Part shown: piece by piece, positions 57,923 through 64,000 of the stretch
Layout: the number at the start of each line of letters is the position of its first letter
How positions within the stretch are numbered: the first letter of the stretch is position 1
From: a candidate division KSB3 bacterium
GTDB taxonomy: Bacteria > Moduliflexota > Moduliflexia > Moduliflexales > Moduliflexaceae
Assembly (NCBI GenBank): GCA_002748425.1
Contig: PDSJ01000025.1
Coordinates: 22,605 to 86,604, forward strand
Reading direction: 5' to 3'
Length of the DNA: 64,000 nucleotides
The notes under the pieces: generated by a model
What the model saw: the letters and a program-made list of their open reading frames with translations, nothing else
Databases searched by the model: none
Told to the model about the DNA's origin: nothing
Program-made: the position numbers and the translations under genes

Positions 57923-60544
57923 ATGACAGCCTTACAAAACAGCAGAAACATACGTTGGAAAATTTTTGTCGGGATGGCAAGCCTTTCTCTCTTATTCAGT
58001 TCGACAGGATGGGCGGAGAAGATAGTCTGGCATGACTACAAATACCCATTAAAGGAGACGATTCGCGTGTTTCAGCATGAAGAATATGCCATCGAAAGCG
58101 TTGATGTTCAGGTCTCTCTTCCCTCACAATTTTTGCGCCATCATAAGGAGATCGAACTTCTCGTGTATCTGAGAAGTCGAACCGTTACGTCTAAAGGCAA
58201 AACCGGATTTCACGATTTCTCCCCGCTGATCCGGGTGAATAATGCATTCATAAAGCGTTATAAAATTCCCGTCAAGAAGACACCCAGCCGGCAGCACCAG
58301 GTCGTACGCATTGCACGCAAGGATTTAAAGCCTGGGGGCAACACACTGCAATTCACCTTCAAATGGCATCACAGTGGCTGGTCCTGTTCTGGAAAGGGTT
58401 GTGGATATGAAATTACCAAGATGGTTTTTAAAGATGCTCCAAAACCGACTCCCACTCCCACTCCGACCAGAACGCCCACGCCGCGTCCCCGTAAAAAGAC
58501 AACGGTTCTGAGGCCGACTGCGACGCCCACGCCTTCTCCAGTTATCAGTCTGTTGGAACAGGCCGATAGATACGTTGAGAAAAAGTGGTTTCTAACGCCC
58601 AAGGAGACAAATGCCTTTGATACGTATAAGCGAGTTCTTCGTATATCGCCCTCTAATATGCATGCCAGAAAGAAACTCTATGAAATGATGAAAGGCTACA
58701 AAAGCTGGGGAGATAATAATTACAAAGAGGGCGCGCATGAAAAAGCAAAATCCTATTACGAGCGCTACATGACTATTGCACGATATGTGAAGGATGAGCT
58801 TCGTTCCCAGTTCTCCGGACAGATCGAACAGGATTTTACAATGGTGTCGGACCGTCTGGAACTGATTGAAAATCCACCGACGCCGACACCAAGCCCGGAG
58901 CCGCTTAGTGACGATCTGCCAGTCATTGAAATCTCAACGGAACTGCCTGAAAAATGTGAGTCAGAAGAGCTGACCTTGCAGGGAAGTGTCAAGGACGATC
59001 TGGGAGTAACGGGTATCTACTTCTTCCTTAATAGCGAAGCACATGAAGAGCTCACCTTCCCGGAGGACGAATCGCTCGTGGAACAACCCTTTGAAACGAC
59101 CTTTTCGTTAAGCCCCGGCGATAACACCATCAGCATTGAAGCTCGCGATACCAGTGGGCAGCGTATGACCTGGGACACGCGTCTCACGAGACAACTCCCA
59201 CCTGAAACACCGCCTGTTGCGCCGACGCCACAGCTTCCCCTTCTCGACGAATATCCTGACATTATCTTTCTTCCGGAACTTCCCTCTGAAACACAAGAGC
59301 CGTACATACATGTCGAGGGCCATGTGAAGGACGACCGAGGAATTCAGGATTTTAAAATCAGCATCCGCCGTCCGGATTCAACTTGGTTTGAGGTACTGAG
59401 AAATGTAACTTTTGACGGAACGAACTTTTCAGCAGATATTCGTCTGGAAATCGGCGAGACAACGCTCATGCTCGTGGCCGCAGACACACTCGGGCAATTG
59501 ACGAAAAAAGAAGTGATGATTCAGAGAAGATCGGAAACTAAAGCGCCAGATCAGGACGACGGGAACTCGGCTTCTGAATTTGGAGAACACGCGCCTGAAA
59601 ACACAGCGCCAGCCGTCAAGCGTGTTGTCATTCTTGTGGCTGCCGAAGAGTATCTCGATGCTGCAATACCGCCCTATCAATGCGCTGAGAACGATGTACA
59701 CAAAGTCTACGAGTTCTTCACTGATCCTGAACGCGGCGGGCTTCCGCAAGAACAGGTCATACTGTTGACAGGAACTGACGTCACCGAGCGAACACTGAAA
59801 AAGACTTTCGGAGAATGGCTCAGGCAGCAGGCAAAAGCCGGGGATATCAGCCTGCTGGTCTATTTCATCGGCTATGGGGGCTGCGAACACGATCGACGCT
59901 ATTGGCTCAGTCATGACACAACTCTTGATGATATTTTCAGTACTTCACTGGATTTACGAAAAATCAACACATTACTTTCACGGATTCCGACGCAATTCGT
60001 AACAATTTTTCTCGATACGGTGTTCCTGGGCGGAGAACAGTCCGGCGCAGCGGAGCCTTTGTGGAAAATTCTATCAGGAGAAGGGCGGGCCATTGCAGCC
60101 GCTTCACACGGAAAGACCCCGCATATCTGCGATGATGAACAGTCGGGCAGCTCCTTCACATCATCATTTCTCCAGGGACTCGCAGGAGAAGCAGACCTCA
60201 ACAGCGACGGAAAGATTTATAGCCCGGAATTATGGGAATTTATGAGTCGGAGCCTGACGAATGCAGCCGACGGTGCAGAAAGGCTCCATCCAGTGCTTGT
60301 GGGAGAACTGCCTCACGAATTGCTCGTGACGCTGCCGTTGCCAGAGGAAAAGCTGTCAGCATCCGGCGAAAAAAAGCGCCCGGATGCCAAAGATGCCATT
60401 ATCGACATCTACCGCAACGGCCATATTTCGGCCGATCAGTTCAAACGAGCGCTGCAGATCTTAAAAAACGGCGAAACAGATCGACTCCTTGAAGACTATC
60501 TTGACGGAAAGATTCCACTTGATATCTTTAAGGACACTTTTTAA
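57923..60544 (+). CDS. Large secreted protein with PT linkers, degenerate caspase-like domain and the same conserved C-terminal tail
   Basis: Signal peptide and PT linkers (PKPTPTPTPTRTPTPRP). The caspase-like region VVILVAAEEYLD…SLLVYFIGYGGCEHD…VTIFLDTVFLGG has no His/Cys dyad. The tail IIDIYRNGHISADQFKRALQILKNGETD is shared with the 56453 CDS. Confidence 0.6.
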   Translation: MTALQNSRNIRWKIFVGMASLSLLFSSTGWAEKIVWHDYKYPLKETIRVFQHEEYAIESVDVQVSLPSQFLRHHKEIELLVYLRSRTVTSKGKTGFHDFSPLIRVNNAFIKRYKIPVKKTPSRQHQVVRIARKDLKPGGNTLQFTFKWHHSGWSCSGKGCGYEITKMVFKDAPKPTPTPTPTRTPTPRPRKKTTVLRPTATPTPSPVISLLEQADRYVEKKWFLTPKETNAFDTYKRVLRISPSNMHARKKLYEMMKGYKSWGDNNYKEGAHEKAKSYYERYMTIARYVKDELRSQFSGQIEQDFTMVSDRLELIENPPTPTPSPEPLSDDLPVIEISTELPEKCESEELTLQGSVKDDLGVTGIYFFLNSEAHEELTFPEDESLVEQPFETTFSLSPGDNTISIEARDTSGQRMTWDTRLTRQLPPETPPVAPTPQLPLLDEYPDIIFLPELPSETQEPYIHVEGHVKDDRGIQDFKISIRRPDSTWFEVLRNVTFDGTNFSADIRLEIGETTLMLVAADTLGQLTKKEVMIQRRSETKAPDQDDGNSASEFGEHAPENTAPAVKRVVILVAAEEYLDAAIPPYQCAENDVHKVYEFFTDPERGGLPQEQVILLTGTDVTERTLKKTFGEWLRQQAKAGDISLLVYFIGYGGCEHDRRYWLSHDTTLDDIFSTSLDLRKINTLLSRIPTQFVTIFLDTVFLGGEQSGAAEPLWKILSGEGRAIAAASHGKTPHICDDEQSGSSFTSSFLQGLAGEADLNSDGKIYSPELWEFMSRSLTNAADGAERLHPVLVGELPHELLVTLPLPEEKLSASGEKKRPDAKDAIIDIYRNGHISADQFKRALQILKNGETDRLLEDYLDGKIPLDIFKDTF

Positions 60545-60545
60545 T

Positions 60546-61544
60546 ATGCACCGAATGAAGACAACAAGAGCTCAAACATTGAACATAACGTGCTTCTGCC
60601 TTTTGACCGCACTTGTCTGCAATGTGAATTCTGTGCATGCGCAAGATATTTTGCTGGAGATTGAGGTGGAACCAAACCTCCGAACGCTGCGACTCGACGG
60701 AAAGATGCAAGACATTTCTCTGGTCGCTCAGAGCACTCGACAAGATCTCGCGTTTAAATGGACATTGCAGGGGCCGGGTAACCTTTTAGGGGATGATGAA
60801 AGTCCCGGAATTTTTTATCTGCCACCGAAAACACTCGATGCCGGGATGCCGTCGCAAGCCAGCGTTGTCTTGAACGTCCATGACGATCGAGGCAGCCAGG
60901 CCAGCAAAAAAATTATTTTCCAGTTGCTCAATGCTCCAGAACCGTTATCACCTTCCGAAGCGGAAGAGCCTCCCCCCACGCCTGACAGATTATCCCCTTC
61001 TCACTCCACTCCGCTGGTATTTCATATCAGCTGTCGGTATCATCCGTCTCATGAAAAAACATTTCGTCCCATAAACGAGGGAAGCGTTCTCCACTCCGGC
61101 GATCATTATCGCATTGTCTTTACCCCGCAACAAGACGCATACGTCTATATTTACCAGATCGACGACAGCGGACTGGTCTTTCAACTTTTTCCGATGGATC
61201 GTTTTAGGGGAAGGCCAGTGAATAATTTCAATCCGGTACAAGCCGGGAGGGACTATTATGCGCCGGGCAAAGAAATGTCTTTTGTACTGGATGAACTGAC
61301 TGGAACCGAACGCATATATTTTCTTGCATCCCGCAAACAAAACCGTTTTTTAGAAGAACGTTACGAGCAACTGCAAAAGGAGCCACCATCGCAACAGGAG
61401 GCCCTGTTTCATGAGCTTCTGCGACAGGTGATGGACCAGCACGGCATCGAATATACGAAACCCCACGATTTTGACGCCATACAGGATAGTCTGGAGAGTT
61501 TATGTCAAGGTTGTGTGTACACGTTATCGTTCGAGCATAGATAA
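60546..61544 (+). CDS. Secreted GPG-domain protein with C-terminal DUF4384-like beta domain (tentative)
   Basis: Signal peptide. GPG motif AFKWTLQGPGNL…FYLPPKT. The C-terminal GDHYRIVFTPQQDAYVYIYQIDDSGLVFQLFP…PGKEMSFVL pattern resembles DUF4384. The ORF is open from 60489, overlapping the previous gene. Confidence 0.5.
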   Translation: MHRMKTTRAQTLNITCFCLLTALVCNVNSVHAQDILLEIEVEPNLRTLRLDGKMQDISLVAQSTRQDLAFKWTLQGPGNLLGDDESPGIFYLPPKTLDAGMPSQASVVLNVHDDRGSQASKKIIFQLLNAPEPLSPSEAEEPPPTPDRLSPSHSTPLVFHISCRYHPSHEKTFRPINEGSVLHSGDHYRIVFTPQQDAYVYIYQIDDSGLVFQLFPMDRFRGRPVNNFNPVQAGRDYYAPGKEMSFVLDELTGTERIYFLASRKQNRFLEERYEQLQKEPPSQQEALFHELLRQVMDQHGIEYTKPHDFDAIQDSLESLCQGCVYTLSFEHR

Positions 61545-61610
61545 AAGCTGAGTATATGTCGAATTTCACAGGTAGACAGCATGTTTTTTACGCAAAGGAG
61601 GGACACTCTC

Positions 61611-63593
61611 ATGACAAAATCAATAGCTGGTCTGGCAGGATGTCTGTTTACAGCCTTCTGCGTTCCAGGACTGCTTTTTGCCCAAGGTGGTGTCAAGGAT
61701 ACTGATTTTTACAGTAAAAGCTGGGCAGTCGTGATCGGAATTAATGATTATCAAAACCATCAGTATAATCTGGAATATGCGGTCAACGACGCGGAAGCCA
61801 TGGCGCTGCGCTTCGAACACATGGGTTTTGAAGAGGTCATCCCTGTCATCGATGCAGACGCGACCCGGGAAAATATTCTGCAATTACTGACAGTAGAATT
61901 GCCTCAAAAAATCGAGGAAAACGACCGACTGGTGATTTTTTATGCCGGACACGGGGCAAGCGGTCAACTTATGAATCCGGACGAGTGGATCAGCGGACAG
62001 GACCGGGTGGGCTTTCTGGTGCCCCATGACGCGGTCTTTGACTTCAAGAGTCTCGACGACAACGCGATCGCGATTGAGAATTATCAGAGCTTTCTGGAAG
62101 AGACGCATTTTATCTCACTCGAAGATTTACGGAACGTGTCGGATTCGATTCGCGCCAAACAGATCCTCTACATTCTTGACGGCTGCTACTCCGGCTTTCT
62201 GGATCCTGCGGCCTATAAATTCCGGTCAGCTCGACGGACGGCGTTTGTCGGGGAATCGAGCGCGACAGCTCATGGAACGCAGCGGGGCTTAGAGATAAAT
62301 CCTCCAAGGCCCGCTGACAATGAGTCGCAACGAGGCATGAAGCTTTCAGTCGACGATTCCGGGCCGCTCCACGAAGAAAAAAAATTGGCCTCCCGGCCGA
62401 CGGTTCAGATCCTGACGGCCGGAAGTTCCGGAGAGCCGGTTGTAGAAAAAGGCGGACACGGCATTTTCACGTTCTATCTTTTACGGTCATTGGACGGCTT
62501 TATTGACGATAACGCCAATTGCGTTGTGCGAGTCAGCGAGATGGCCTATTATCTCAGAGAAGTCGTGCCAAAAGCGTCAAGAGGTCAGCAAACGCCTTTA
62601 TTCGGACGTATCAGCGGCGAAGGGGATATGATTTTCGTGCCGTCAATCTGTAATCCTCTGGAGGAGAAAGATCTCGCAGCTCCGACAGCAGATTCAGACT
62701 GGCAGAAGGCCGAAGCCTACAAGGCCAAAACACAAGGAGGCTATAAAGAGCCAACGCACATCGTAGTGGATCACGCCCGTCATCTCTATGTCTTAGACAG
62801 CAAACGGCAAAAAATTTTTCAATTCGACAGCGCGGGAAATTTCTTGTCTGACGATTTCAGCTTTGTGCAAGACGGCAGGCAATGGATCCCGCATTCAATG
62901 GCTGTCAGAGCAAATGACGATCTCTGGGTATTTTACAAAGCCCCAGGCAAGCAGAAAGAGCCTGGGAAGATTCTTGTGTTTCAGCCCACTGGAGAGACTG
63001 GGGACAATTGGGCTGGAGCACTGGCGATCGATTCCTGCGATTTTGGCGAAAAGCCGTTTCCCTCCCAGGCCTTGATCGCCCTGGATTGGGAAGATAATCT
63101 CTTGCTGCTCGATCAGGAACAGGAGACTCACATGAAATGCGACAGTGACGGAATGTTGGTCCTGCAAAAAGGCCCGGAAGGCGACTATGCCCGTTTTAAA
63201 GGGGCTCAGGGAATGACGGTCGATAATTTCGGCTACCTTTACATCGCCAATACCGAAGGACACGGTATACAAAAATTTTTCGACGGACAATGGATCAAAA
63301 CCCGCTGGCCGCAATTGAAAGGAAATGATAAGCTGTACTTCAAACGTCCGCACGGGCTTGCAGTAGATCAGCAGCTCTTTGTGTATGTCGCAGATACTGA
63401 AAATCACCGCATTAAAAAATACACCAATAAAGGTGAAAAGCTTTTAAGCTGCTGGGGGAAAAAGAATGCTGCAAAGGGTAGCAAGTATGGTCAGTTCAAG
63501 AAGCCAAAGGATGTGGCTGTCAGTCCTGACGGGCGCTATGTGTATGTGGCGGATACAGGCAACAAACGCGTTCAACGTTTTATTAATCAATGA
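61611..63593 (+). CDS. Secreted caspase-like cysteine peptidase (C14, intact His/Cys dyad) fused to NHL-repeat beta-propeller
   Basis: AGGAGG SD and signal peptide MTKSIAGLAGCLFTAFCVPGLLFAQG. Caspase motifs WAVVIGINDYQ, VIFYAGHGASG (His) and ILDGCYSGF (Cys). C-terminal NHL-type repeats (YIANTEGHGIQKF, VYVADTENHRIKKY, VYVADTGNKRVQRF). Confidence 0.75.
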   Translation: MTKSIAGLAGCLFTAFCVPGLLFAQGGVKDTDFYSKSWAVVIGINDYQNHQYNLEYAVNDAEAMALRFEHMGFEEVIPVIDADATRENILQLLTVELPQKIEENDRLVIFYAGHGASGQLMNPDEWISGQDRVGFLVPHDAVFDFKSLDDNAIAIENYQSFLEETHFISLEDLRNVSDSIRAKQILYILDGCYSGFLDPAAYKFRSARRTAFVGESSATAHGTQRGLEINPPRPADNESQRGMKLSVDDSGPLHEEKKLASRPTVQILTAGSSGEPVVEKGGHGIFTFYLLRSLDGFIDDNANCVVRVSEMAYYLREVVPKASRGQQTPLFGRISGEGDMIFVPSICNPLEEKDLAAPTADSDWQKAEAYKAKTQGGYKEPTHIVVDHARHLYVLDSKRQKIFQFDSAGNFLSDDFSFVQDGRQWIPHSMAVRANDDLWVFYKAPGKQKEPGKILVFQPTGETGDNWAGALAIDSCDFGEKPFPSQALIALDWEDNLLLLDQEQETHMKCDSDGMLVLQKGPEGDYARFKGAQGMTVDNFGYLYIANTEGHGIQKFFDGQWIKTRWPQLKGNDKLYFKRPHGLAVDQQLFVYVADTENHRIKKYTNKGEKLLSCWGKKNAAKGSKYGQFKKPKDVAVSPDGRYVYVADTGNKRVQRFINQ

Positions 63594-63675
63594 GAATGCC
63601 GGGAATTGAGAGCTTGCAGAAAAAACAAGAGAGCTTGCAAGCCCCATTCTCATGCCTGACAATGGAGGAAAGATC

Positions 63676-64000
63676 ATGATCAATCGTCAAGTAATGAAGT
63701 CTGTCGCTTGTGTCGTGTTTGTAAGTTATGTATCAGTCTTTAACGCTGAGTGCATACAGGCAGCGGAGTTAAAGCTGCTGCCTGAACATTGGCTGTTGAC
63801 TGCCCAGGCCGGGGACACAACAGCCGTCATCGACAGTGTGGCCGGCAAAGAAGCGCAGCAAGCCGTGTATTCCAGTAAAATCCAGCGTCTTGAGGCCAAC
63901 ATCAACCGCAAGCGGGGCACCAGAAACACGTTGATGACAGTGACGGTCTCATCCGGTCTCATTGGAGTCGGTGTTGCACTCGGGGCTTCATCGATTTATG
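63676..64000 (+). CDS. Secreted hypothetical protein, N-terminal fragment (3' end outside window)
   Basis: GGAGG SD 7 nt upstream of the ATG. Signal-like MKSVACVVFVSYVSVFNAEC. Open to the window end. Confidence 0.45.
   Translation, partial: MINRQVMKSVACVVFVSYVSVFNAECIQAAELKLLPEHWLLTAQAGDTTAVIDSVAGKEAQQAVYSSKIQRLEANINRKRGTRNTLMTVTVSSGLIGVGVALGASSIY

Overview
Window of about 50% GC from a sigma-54-using, chemotactic, probably anaerobic Gram-negative bacterium. The lineage is inferred from gene content only (NtrC-type activator, che operon with a HEAT-repeat protein, DUF1573, ECF sigma plus mucABD-like genes), possibly Desulfobacterota-like. Positions 1 to about 36.7 kb are mostly core genes. 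These include tatA, a BRCT protein, proB-proA-miaA, an NtrY/NtrX-like two-component pair and an ECF-sigma/anti-sigma/HtrA operon. They also include a complete chemotaxis cluster (cheB, then cheY, HEAT protein, cheR, cheW, an MCP and cheA), a DUF1573 gene interrupted by an in-frame TGA at a conserved Cys, two tandem acyl-CoA synthetases, tRNA-Thr and tRNA-Phe, a CtpA-type protease, an acyl carrier protein and comEA. From about 36.9 kb to the end of the window lies a roughly 27-kb block of 18 co-directional genes, apparently not previously described and the most interesting part. Nearly all encode secreted or envelope proteins with Pro/Thr linkers, organised as paralogue families. There are four proteins with a WHy/LEA_2-like domain, two of them with OmpA C-termini. 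An unnamed roughly 90-aa 'WxLxGPG...YxPP' domain occurs five times. There is an FGE-sulfatase-domain protein, a vWA protein and its vWA-less paralogue, an ABCG-like transporter and a LolD/FtsX-like exporter. A caspase (C14) trio consists of one catalytically intact caspase-NHL protein and two paralogues with both catalytic residues replaced. A DUF4384-like protein is also present. No integrase, transposase or CRISPR was seen.
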